Shown here in pieces: positions 50,956 through 59,123 of a stretch of DNA of 64,000 nt. The position numbers and the translations under genes are program-made. The first letter of the stretch is position 1; each line of letters starts with the position of its first letter. A model generated the notes under the pieces. That model was given only the letters and a program-made list of their open reading frames with translations, did no database searches and was not told the DNA's origin. The stretch is from Verrucomicrobiia bacterium (lineage in GTDB: Bacteria > Verrucomicrobiota > Verrucomicrobiia > Limisphaerales > UBA11358), in assembly GCA_049692125.1 (NCBI GenBank), contig JBAVOO010000037.1, positions 34,299 through 98,298 on the forward strand, read 5' to 3'.

Positions 50956-51753
50956 CTAGTAAATGATGGCGCAGGCCGCGCGGTTGGGATCGGTGACTGC
51001 CCAGAGATTCAGAGGATCAACTGATTGTGGAAATTTTATAAAGCGCGCGCTGCAGTCTGCCATAACATAATTTGAGCCGCCCGAACTGCCCGCTCCCATG
51101 TTTTGACTGCTCGTCACGCCGCTGTTGTCGTGCCGTCCTTGTTCAGCAATGCCGGTAAAATCGTTGCCGCCGTTCTCCAATAAATCCATGTAGAAATCGC
51201 CAGCGTCATGTCTTTTTTCCCCGAGAACAATCGTGTCGGTTGGATAGACAATGGCGCGTTCGTTTATGCCCGAGCCATAGCTTACAATTTGGGGTTCAAG
51301 CGCCGCCCAATCGGTCGTTCCAAATCGGTCCGCAAAATAATCGTTCCAGCCGTTGATGAAATAGCTGCGCGGCGAAGCATCAGGCACATTATTCGACGGA
51401 GACGAGCCAACAGTTGCCGGCGAACTGAACAGAACAGCGATGTCGGTGGGACAAAGTAGAATGTTTAAATTTTTGCCGTAGTTGTCGTAAAGATGGTTCG
51501 GCCAGCTATCGGTTTCATTACGTGGCGGGTAGGCGCCTTGATTGTCGTCCACGTAAATTTTGGAGGCGATGCCCAACTGCCGGAGATTGTTCAGGCATGC
51601 AATGCGCCGACCGGATTCCTTCGCGCGGGCCAGGACCGGCAGCAGCATGGCGGCCAGAATCGCGATGATGGCGATGACCACCAGCAGTTCAATTAGTGTG
51701 AAAGCCAATTCCTTGCTGGCCAACTGCCGCCGCTTTGTTATTTTGCCAGCCAT
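50956..51753 (-). CDS. prepilin-type N-terminal domain / DUF1559-like protein
   Basis: From the internal ATG at 51753: [61 protein letters not shown]... The longer track ORF (to 52176) has no support and would overlap the divergent gene. Confidence 0.88.
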   Translation of the reverse strand: MAGKITKRRQLASKELAFTLIELLVVIAIIAILAAMLLPVLARAKESGRRIACLNNLRQLGIASKIYVDDNQGAYPPRNETDSWPNHLYDNYGKNLNILLCPTDIAVLFSSPATVGSSPSNNVPDASPRSYFINGWNDYFADRFGTTDWAALEPQIVSYGSGINERAIVYPTDTIVLGEKRHDAGDFYMDLLENGGNDFTGIAEQGRHDNSGVTSSQNMGAGSSGGSNYVMADCSARFIKFPQSVDPLNLWAVTDPNRAACAIIY

Positions 51754-51819
51754 TTGGTTCGTTGGCGCGTCTGAACGGGTGATTTGACGGACGGAACGAC
51801 CGCGCCGTTCATTTTGTTT

Positions 51820-52278
51820 ATGAACAGGAAAAATTTCATTCTCATCGCCGTCGTGCTTGTGCTTGCCGGTGTCTATGTTGTTTATTTTACCGATTGGTTC
51901 AAGCCAAAGACGATTCATATTTCGCACACCGTCCGTCCCGGCAGATCCGGCAACCGTCCCGGCGAGGCGGCCGCTCCGCTGCTGGCATTCGGACTTGGCG
52001 GTGACTACGAGTTGACCGAAATCAAGGTCGTTCCGCTCGCCGCACTGCAAGCCAATCCACTCGCCCAACCCATCTGGCACTTGGTTTCCGATTCCAAATC
52101 CGTGCCGGTAAAATTTTTTATTTACGGTCAGGGCATTCGCGGCATGAAGCCTGAAGTGCCCGGCGTGCGACCCCAACCGCTCCTGTCAAACGTTACTTAC
52201 CGGCTTTTCGTCCAAGCGGGTTCGCTCAAAGGCCAGCACGATTTTCAGGCTGTCGCCAAACCGGCCAGATCCCCGTAG
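51820..52278 (+). CDS. membrane-anchored hypothetical protein
   Basis: From ATG 51820: [23 protein letters not shown] (one TM), then a 130-aa soluble part with native codon usage. No family was recognised. Confidence 0.6.
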   Translation: MNRKNFILIAVVLVLAGVYVVYFTDWFKPKTIHISHTVRPGRSGNRPGEAAAPLLAFGLGGDYELTEIKVVPLAALQANPLAQPIWHLVSDSKSVPVKFFIYGQGIRGMKPEVPGVRPQPLLSNVTYRLFVQAGSLKGQHDFQAVAKPARSP

Positions 52279-52488
52279 CATCGGGTTAGACAGCTTCGGT
52301 TTGAGGCGGGTTACGCTCGTGCCCCGGTTTTTATTGCGGCCAGAAGACAGGAGGCCCGGTGATGAGATCGGATTTCAGAAGATTTGGATTCCCGCCGCGG
52401 GTCGCCTGGAGCAGGCGTGGTGCGACAATTACCGTGAAGCTGGAATTGTCGCTGTTATCGCGGGGATCCGTGACGATGCAGGTTGCAG

Positions 52489-52593
52489 TTATTGCAGTGC
52501 AACGCCCTGATAAAAACGGCTTGGATAAACCTTTGCGTCCGGGTCAGTAACCGTGAACAACCCGTTCGAGTCGGTCACATTAGTGCTAATGTT
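52489..52593 (-). pseudogene. orphan 3' remnant of a paralogue of the 359-aa secreted protein (C-terminal FYR-type domain only)
   Basis: The reverse strand reads NISTNVTDSNGLFTVTDPDAKVYPSRFYQGVALQ-stop, versus ..AISTNMTDSTGIFSFVDSDATNYPSRFYRGVAPAQQ-stop at the end of 54376..55455. Nucleotide similarity is clear (gataaaaacggcttggataa, gagtcggtca). There is no start and only 34 open codons. Confidence 0.6.
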
Positions 52594-54313
52594 TTAACCG
52601 GAAGAACAGGGAACCGGTCGATTTATTGAGCGACACACTGTTTATCCCGCTGTTGCTGTTCACCGGCCCGGTGTAATCGCCCCAGTTTGTCGTCGTTAAA
52701 TCCGAGTTGGTTTGCAACACAAATCCCGTCGCGGTTGACGGCCACGACACGACGACGGGGTCCAAATTGACGTCCTCCGAGGGGTCGGTGAGCAGGATGG
52801 ATAGCGTCGGTGAACCGGATGGCGCCTGCGGCCCATTCGTCACCACCGGATTGAACGTTGCGGAATTGGTTCCCGATATCCCGTCGATGGTGTAAATCCC
52901 GGTGAAGAAAAATGGCTGGCTGCCGATCTGCGAAGCGCAAGCGACGATGTTGCTTTGCTGGGTGGCGATACTGTCACTGGATGTGCCATCCGGCCACCAG
53001 GCGTTGCCGGAGCCGCAAGTGACGATTTCATTGACCAATTGGGTCGCCGAGCCGTTGGTGACATACGTATTCTGCCCGTTCGGACCATAAATGATTCCCA
53101 GATAAACGGGATCGGCGCTGCCGGTATTCAAACCCGAGTACGAGTAAGGAATGGGCGAGTAGGTCCAATCCAGCGTGTTGCTGGGATCCGTCGAGCTCAT
53201 GGTGAACGACAACTGGGCGATGGATATGAGATTCGTCCCGCCCTTGATGTCCATGCCAAACGTAAGCCGGTTGCCCAGTTCCTGGGCGAAGGCCGGGCCA
53301 AAGGCAGTGCCGGGATCAGCGACTCCCATCCACGACGGGAAACTGGTCACCATATTGTTGGTCACTGAAACCGCGTTCGTTATTTGCTGATAGAATGTCG
53401 GTGACGACGGATCACCATACGAGGAATATCCGTTCAGGATGGCGGTCACGGCATTGGAAGCCCAGGCATTCCAGCTGGGCGAGCCCCACCGGTTCGGGGC
53501 CAGGGCGGGGAAAACCGTGATGGTGATGCCTCCGCTCAATACCGGTCCGGAATTGATCACCACCGGATTGAGCGTTACGGAATTGGATCCCGACACCCCG
53601 TCAATCGTGTAGGTGCCCGTGAAATTAAAGGGCTGGTCGCTGATCTGCGAAGCGCAAGCGAGAATGTTGCTTTGTTCGCTGGCAATGTCGCCGGACGTAT
53701 CATACACCGCCCACGCATTGCCGGAACCACGACCGACGATCTCATTGACCAGTTGCGTCGCCGGATCGCTGGTGATGTAGGTGTTGATGCCGCCGGGACC
53801 GTAGATGATCCCGACATAGGATGAACTGTAATTGTAGGAACCCTCCGCGAAGGCAAAATCGAGCGTATTGCTCGGGTCGGTCGAATCAGCACTAAACGAC
53901 AATTGCGAAATGGAGATCAGATTGGTCCCACCTTTGATGTCGATGCCGAACTGGAGCCGGTTGCCCAATTCCTGGGAAAAGTTCACGCCGAAAATGTCCC
54001 CGGGATCGGCCAGACCGTCCCACGACGGGAAACCGGTCACGATGTCATTCGTCACCGAAATCACACTGGGCGCCTGTTGGTAATAGCTCGGGGACGACGG
54101 GTCGCCATATGAAGCATATCCATTGGCGATGGCGATGGTGGCGTTGGAAACCCAGGCATTCCAATTGGGCGAACCATAGACATTGGGTGCCAGGGCGGGA
54201 ATGACCGTGATGGTGATTCCCTGGGCTTGCACCGGGGAGAAACAAGGCGTCGCAAGGACGGTCAAGAAAATGCCGCCGAAAATCAAACGCATGGCTGATG
54301 TAATTGACGGCAT
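52586..54313 (-). CDS. secreted protein of unknown function with an internal tandem duplication of a ~225-aa module
   Basis: 575 aa with a signal peptide. Module 1 (aa 32-251) and module 2 (aa 262-491) both begin GITITV(I/F)PALAPN and share long identical strings (SYGDPSSP, FPSW, QELGNRL.FG.DIKGGTNLISI.QLSF, STDPSNTLD, ATQLVNEIV, ACASQI). The C-terminal domain ends SLFFRLKH. Confidence 0.85.
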   Translation of the reverse strand: MPSITSAMRLIFGGIFLTVLATPCFSPVQAQGITITVIPALAPNVYGSPNWNAWVSNATIAIANGYASYGDPSSPSYYQQAPSVISVTNDIVTGFPSWDGLADPGDIFGVNFSQELGNRLQFGIDIKGGTNLISISQLSFSADSTDPSNTLDFAFAEGSYNYSSSYVGIIYGPGGINTYITSDPATQLVNEIVGRGSGNAWAVYDTSGDIASEQSNILACASQISDQPFNFTGTYTIDGVSGSNSVTLNPVVINSGPVLSGGITITVFPALAPNRWGSPSWNAWASNAVTAILNGYSSYGDPSSPTFYQQITNAVSVTNNMVTSFPSWMGVADPGTAFGPAFAQELGNRLTFGMDIKGGTNLISIAQLSFTMSSTDPSNTLDWTYSPIPYSYSGLNTGSADPVYLGIIYGPNGQNTYVTNGSATQLVNEIVTCGSGNAWWPDGTSSDSIATQQSNIVACASQIGSQPFFFTGIYTIDGISGTNSATFNPVVTNGPQAPSGSPTLSILLTDPSEDVNLDPVVVSWPSTATGFVLQTNSDLTTTNWGDYTGPVNSNSGINSVSLNKSTGSLFFRLKH

Positions 54314-54375
54314 CGGTCGTACTGCGGTGAGCCTCTTTTACAACAGGTTTTCCGTCGTTTTGTGACTACTGGTGA

Positions 54376-55455
54376 CTACTGTTGTGCAGGTGCAACACCG
54401 CGATAAAAACGGCTTGGATAATTCGTCGCGTCTGAGTCAACAAACGAGAAGATCCCGGTGGAGTCGGTCATATTCGTACTGATGGCCGTCCAGTTTTGCA
54501 TGTCGAATGAAGCCTCGATCACATAAGTCTGGTTGGTGCTCCCGGACAGGGTAATGTCCGGACCATTCGGCGTGGCGACGATTGAAACCGTGAAGGCGTC
54601 GGGAATGTTCACCGGGAGCGGGTTGGGGACGTTGCCCGAAAAATTGAAATTGACCGGGAAATCAGCACCGGCACCTACCATGGTGACCGAGATCTGGTGT
54701 ATGCTGCCGTCAGCGTTGGTTCCGCCATCAACAAAGCTGCTCAGGTCGAAGGAGACCAGCACCGGTTGTGAGTTGTCTCCGTTGATTGAGGGAATGCTCA
54801 CCCCATACATGTACTGGCTGCCGTTCTCAAGGATCAGGTCCGAATAACCCTCGACCTCCCCTTCAAAGGTCGCAGCGCCGGTGTCGGTGTTTACCTGGTA
54901 AATATCGGTGTTCCCGCTGCCGGTATTGCTCAAATAGAGGTTACCATCGGAGTCAAAACGGATATTCTGCGGGTACGGGTCGAAGAGGTTGTAAGGATCG
55001 CCAAAACTCCCAACAAAAGTTGTTTCCCCGGTGGTGGGATCGATCGTGTAAAGGCCGTCCTGAGGAGCGCCGATAACACTCAGTCCAACCCCGAATAATA
55101 CCCCGTCGCTGGGGTCGAAAGCTATGGATTCAATACCTGCCACGCTCAGTGGCGCCTCTGGAGTGACGGCCCCGGTCGTTGGATCGAATGTCACCAAGGA
55201 TGCGCCATTATTGGCGAGACCGTACAATGTGCCATCCGGAGCGTAGGCGATGTCGTTGTAAATTGTACTGCCCAACGAGGAAATTTCGGTGAAATCGCCG
55301 TTCATCAGATTGATGATGCCGAAACCGTTGTTGCCCGTATTGAACTCAACGGCATAAACGTCGGTCTGCGCACGCGCCGACAGGACCAGGCTGCCTGCCA
55401 CCACCACACCCAACACTGCCTTTTTGATTTTGTTTAACATAGACTTTGTACTCAA
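54376..55455 (-). CDS. secreted protein of unknown function (beta-propeller-like N-terminal part, FYR-type C-terminal domain)
   Basis: 359 aa with the signal peptide ..AVLGVVVAGSLVLSARAQ. It has repeated D-G-x-L-Y/F-G-type strands. The C-terminus is LSGSTNQTYVIEASFDMQNWTAISTNMTDSTGIFSFVDSDATNYPSRFYRGV. Confidence 0.8.
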   Translation of the reverse strand: MSTKSMLNKIKKAVLGVVVAGSLVLSARAQTDVYAVEFNTGNNGFGIINLMNGDFTEISSLGSTIYNDIAYAPDGTLYGLANNGASLVTFDPTTGAVTPEAPLSVAGIESIAFDPSDGVLFGVGLSVIGAPQDGLYTIDPTTGETTFVGSFGDPYNLFDPYPQNIRFDSDGNLYLSNTGSGNTDIYQVNTDTGAATFEGEVEGYSDLILENGSQYMYGVSIPSINGDNSQPVLVSFDLSSFVDGGTNADGSIHQISVTMVGAGADFPVNFNFSGNVPNPLPVNIPDAFTVSIVATPNGPDITLSGSTNQTYVIEASFDMQNWTAISTNMTDSTGIFSFVDSDATNYPSRFYRGVAPAQQ

Positions 55456-56039
55456 TTTAACCGTTTGAGTTTTGGCCTTTAATCTTATGCTTCACCAGCC
55501 TCCCTGCTAACCACTTATTGATTTCAGATATTTCCAGTTAGCTGTCTTAGACTGATACACTGAGTGTCTCACAGCACCTCGTATGCCACCATTGTTGTGG
55601 TATGCAATCATTGTTATCCGCAGAAAACGATTCCTTCGGAACTCGTTGATGTGGAAGTAAATTCGTTAAAATCGAGGTGAATTAAACAGGGTCGGCATGG
55701 TAGAATAATAGATAACTACCTTTACGAAAACGTATTACGTACAAAATGTTATTGCAGGCCAGGCAAAATGGCCGAAAATTGCACCTTTTTGCAGGGTAAG
55801 GCGGGCAACGGCATAGTCCGACACGAAACATATGCCAGTTGTATCTTGTCGTCATGTAACATATAAAAAACCCAAATATTTGTCTAAATAATGTACAGAA
55901 CTGTCCCAACAGGTGTCTCATAGTGTTACATTATGAGATAAAATCGGTTTTACACACGACAGTCGTGGGAATTTTCTGATTTTTGTGTCTAAAAATTTTA
56001 CAGAGACGTGCGTAAGAGTCGAAAAGGGTGGCTGGAACG

Positions 56040-57014
56040 CTAACGCTGCTTTGCCAGATGACACGCAGCCCAATGGCTGGATGAAATTTCGCGCAACGGC
56101 GGAACATCCATCTTGCAGCGCGCCTCGGCAACCGGACAACGCGGATGGAACGGACAACCTGGCGGCGGATGAATCGGCGACGGCACGTCGCCCGGCAAAA
56201 CGATGCGCTTCCGCTTCGTTTCGGGATCAACCTCCGGCACGGCGGAAATCAGTGCCTGGGTGTAGGGATGTTGCGGCGTACGAATGAGTGCTTTCGCTTC
56301 GGCCGTTTCGACGATTTTGCCAAGATACATCACCATTACGCGGCGGCTGATGTGCTCAACCACCGCAAGATCGTGTGCGATGAAAAGATAGGCGATGCCG
56401 CGTTGCTGCTGCAAATCCTGGAGCAAATTGATGATCTGCGCCTGCACGGAAACATCCAGTGCGCTCACCGGTTCGTCGCAAATGATCAGTTCCGGCTCGA
56501 CCGCCAGCGCGCGGGCGATGCCGATGCGCTGTCGCTGGCCGCCGCTGAATTCGTGAGGATAACGCTGCGCGTAAATTGGGTCGAGCCCCACGTCCTGGAG
56601 CAGCTCAAGGATGCGCTTTTGCCGCGCGGACTTGCTGTCGGTCAATTGGTGAATGTCCAGCGCCTCGCCGACGATTTGCTCGACCGTCATGCGCGGGTTA
56701 AGCGAGCCGTAGGGGTCTTGGAAAATCATCTGGAATTTCCGCCGCCGCGCGCGCAATTCCGAACCGCCCATCTGCGTGATGTCCTCGCCGTTGAGCAAAA
56801 CGCTGCCTGCCGTCGGCTCGACGAGGCGCACGATGGCGCGGCCGAGCGTGGTCTTGCCGCAGCCGCTTTCACCGACCAGCCCGAGCGTTTCGCCCGGCGC
56901 GATGCTGAAGCTCACGTCGTCCACCGCCTTCACGAATTCGCGGACGCGGCTGAACATCCCATGCTTCACAGGAAAATGCACCTTCAGATTTTTGACTTCG
57001 AGTAACGCGCTCAT
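56040..57014 (-). CDS. ABC transporter ATP-binding protein, OppF/DppF type
   Basis: 324 aa: Walker [10 protein letters not shown], signature [15 protein letters not shown], Walker [13 protein letters not shown], and the C-terminal oligopeptide-ATPase extension with Cys residues ([11 protein letters not shown]). Confidence 0.92.
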   Translation of the reverse strand: MSALLEVKNLKVHFPVKHGMFSRVREFVKAVDDVSFSIAPGETLGLVGESGCGKTTLGRAIVRLVEPTAGSVLLNGEDITQMGGSELRARRRKFQMIFQDPYGSLNPRMTVEQIVGEALDIHQLTDSKSARQKRILELLQDVGLDPIYAQRYPHEFSGGQRQRIGIARALAVEPELIICDEPVSALDVSVQAQIINLLQDLQQQRGIAYLFIAHDLAVVEHISRRVMVMYLGKIVETAEAKALIRTPQHPYTQALISAVPEVDPETKRKRIVLPGDVPSPIHPPPGCPFHPRCPVAEARCKMDVPPLREISSSHWAACHLAKQR

Positions 57015-57967
57015 TCCAATGTTATCTTTTCAAATTCAAGTCCCTTCAAAAGTTTTGGTAGCACCTTAACAAAATGGCGACAATGTTTGATTACAGCATC
57101 GCAAGCAGGGTCAACATCTTCATCCGTGAGATATTCCCATTGTATTTGGCTGGTTATTCCAAGCCAAGCACTGAACGATAAAGAGGAGGCCAATACTAAA
57201 CGTCCCATGTATGTTCCATTTTGACCTTGCTGTTCAAAGGAAATTTCACTTGCGATAGAATGCGAATAGTTGATTAAGCTTGCACCATGTCCAAACCAAA
57301 AATGTGTTGTTAAAATCCATCCGCAACATTTCATTTCAAATGCCAAACTTGGATCCACCTCAAGAACTCGGTCTGTTTCTACACATTCATTGCCAAAGGC
57401 ATCTTGAAACTTCTCCGCCATCCTCTTCAGGAGTTTGCGTTTGCTCATGAATTTAATTTTTTCTCCTGCACGCTTTCTTTCAGCAATTTGCTGTTCTAAG
57501 CTTGAAGGAATAGCGCTAAAGGCGGCACAAAGCCGCGACCGAAGAGCTTTTTCGTCATCCAAATAGTTTTCGCCAAAAATTTTGACCGCAGCCGAATAAA
57601 CATACTTTTGAAAGAGGTTGCGAGCTTCTGCTAACTTTCCGTCTTTTTCAAGCCATTGCACATAATGATACATTCCTTTGATTCGGAAAAAATCATCCCG
57701 TCTTGCGCGCAAAAATTCTTCTTCGGGTGAACAGCTTTCGCCCAAGGATTTGACTGCTTCGGGGTGGAATCTTTTTAGAAGGCCGTGTGCCAAAGTCAAT
57801 TGTTGGCTTTTATCGAGCTGCTGCATGACTTGATACGTCTCCCAAAACGCTCCAGTTTTGAATGTGCGGAGATTGGGGAACGATCCGTCAATTTCTTTCT
57901 GCCATTCCGAAATTGCCCAAAGATAATATCGAATTTCAAATTCATTTTTGGCTTTTTCAAATGTCAT
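57011..57967 (-). CDS. low-GC protein of unknown function wedged between the two ABC ATPase genes
   Basis: An open frame of 329 codons (track 57011..58000). ATG 57967 ([10 protein letters not shown]..) avoids overlap with oppD, while ATG 58000 would overlap its last 22 nt. Its stop overlaps the oppF start (ATGA at 57011-57014). Sampled lines are 37-42 % G+C versus 68 % in oppF. No motif was recognised. Confidence 0.7.
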   Translation of the reverse strand: MTFEKAKNEFEIRYYLWAISEWQKEIDGSFPNLRTFKTGAFWETYQVMQQLDKSQQLTLAHGLLKRFHPEAVKSLGESCSPEEEFLRARRDDFFRIKGMYHYVQWLEKDGKLAEARNLFQKYVYSAAVKIFGENYLDDEKALRSRLCAAFSAIPSSLEQQIAERKRAGEKIKFMSKRKLLKRMAEKFQDAFGNECVETDRVLEVDPSLAFEMKCCGWILTTHFWFGHGASLINYSHSIASEISFEQQGQNGTYMGRLVLASSLSFSAWLGITSQIQWEYLTDEDVDPACDAVIKHCRHFVKVLPKLLKGLEFEKITLE

Positions 57968-57978
57968 GGCGGCATTAG

Positions 57979-59022
57979 TTAAGTTTTCCAAAACGGGCAT
58001 CTCACGAAACGTCTAGGTTCGACCTCGACCAGGTCGGGAATGCTGTTTGAACATTCCGGTTTCGCAATCGGGCAGCGGGGGGCGAAGCGGCAGCCGGGCG
58101 GGAAATTGCCGATGCGCGGGACGTTGCCGGGAATGGCCGAAAGCCGGACGGCGCCACCGCCGAGCTTCGGCACGGAATTCATCAGCGCCTTCGTGTAGGG
58201 ATGCAGCGGACGGCGCAACAGTTCCTTCGCGGGCGACAGCTCGACAATCTGTCCGGCGTACATTACAGCCACGCGGTCGGCCATGTCGCCGACAATGCCG
58301 AGGTTGTGCGTGATGAGCAGGATCGCCATGCCGAGCCGCCGCTTGAGGTCGTGTAGCAGTTCGAGAATCTGTGCCTGGATCGTCACGTCGAGCGCGGTCG
58401 TCGGTTCGTCGGCCACGAGCAATTTCGGCTCGCTCGCCAGCGCCATCGCGATCATCACGCGCTGCTGCATGCCGCCGGACATCTCGAACGGATAATTTTT
58501 TATGCGCGATTCCGGGGCCGGGATCCCGACGAGTTTGAGGAGACGAATAACCTCGTCGTCGAGAGCTTTGCGACGGGACGGAGCGCCGAGCACCGACTCG
58601 GCGTGATGGTGCGTGTCATCGGAACGCGCCGAGGCGGTGCTCGGCGTTCCAAGTTTCGGCCGGTGCAGCTTGAGCGATTCCTTGATCTGGCTGCCGACGC
58701 GAAAGACGGGATTCAACGACGCGCCCGGTTCCTGGAAAACATAACTCACAACGCCGCCGCGAATTTGGCGCAATTCACCGTTCGACATCTTCAGCACGTC
58801 ACGGCCATTCAATAAAATTTCCCCACCGACGTAATTGGCCGGTGGCGCCGGCACGAGCCGCGCGATGGAAAGTGCCGTCACAGTTTTGCCGCAGCCGCTT
58901 TCACCGACGAGACAAACTGTTTCGCCCGCCCCGATGGTCAACGACACACCGTCCACGGCGCGCAGCGCATCCGGGCCCGTGCCGAAGTCCATTTTGAGAT
59001 TTCTAATTTCGAGCAGCGGCAT
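57979..59022 (-). CDS. ABC transporter ATP-binding protein, OppD/DppD type (carries an in-frame palindromic insert)
   Basis: 347 aa: Walker [10 protein letters not shown], signature [15 protein letters not shown], Walker [13 protein letters not shown], and C-terminal [11 protein letters not shown]. There is an extra segment [25 protein letters not shown] between the Q-loop region and LLKLVGIP. Confidence 0.92.
   Translation of the reverse strand: MPLLEIRNLKMDFGTGPDALRAVDGVSLTIGAGETVCLVGESGCGKTVTALSIARLVPAPPANYVGGEILLNGRDVLKMSNGELRQIRGGVVSYVFQEPGASLNPVFRVGSQIKESLKLHRPKLGTPSTASARSDDTHHHAESVLGAPSRRKALDDEVIRLLKLVGIPAPESRIKNYPFEMSGGMQQRVMIAMALASEPKLLVADEPTTALDVTIQAQILELLHDLKRRLGMAILLITHNLGIVGDMADRVAVMYAGQIVELSPAKELLRRPLHPYTKALMNSVPKLGGGAVRLSAIPGNVPRIGNFPPGCRFAPRCPIAKPECSNSIPDLVEVEPRRFVRCPFWKT
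58581..58649. repeat. double-palindrome element inserted in frame in oppD
   Basis: gagcgccgagcaccgactcggcg (58581-58603) and cgccgaggcggtgctcggcgttc (58627-58649) are inverted copies with 2 mismatches. Each arm is itself a hairpin (cgccgag-N6-ctcggcg). Confidence 0.8.
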
Positions 59023-59123
59023 GACCGCGCTTTGGATGCCAGATTTATGGGGCCGTCGAAAGTCAATTCGGGCACGGCAATTCGGCTTGATTGCCGGTTG
59101 CCACTGCCGATAGGTTCAGACGC

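Noticed and set aside
55682-56230. Small ORFs (79-99 aa) in the AT-rich spacer upstream of the secreted-protein gene
   Set aside because: They overlap each other in different frames, are rich in Cys/Arg/Phe, and have no start context or recognisable fold. They are treated as non-coding.
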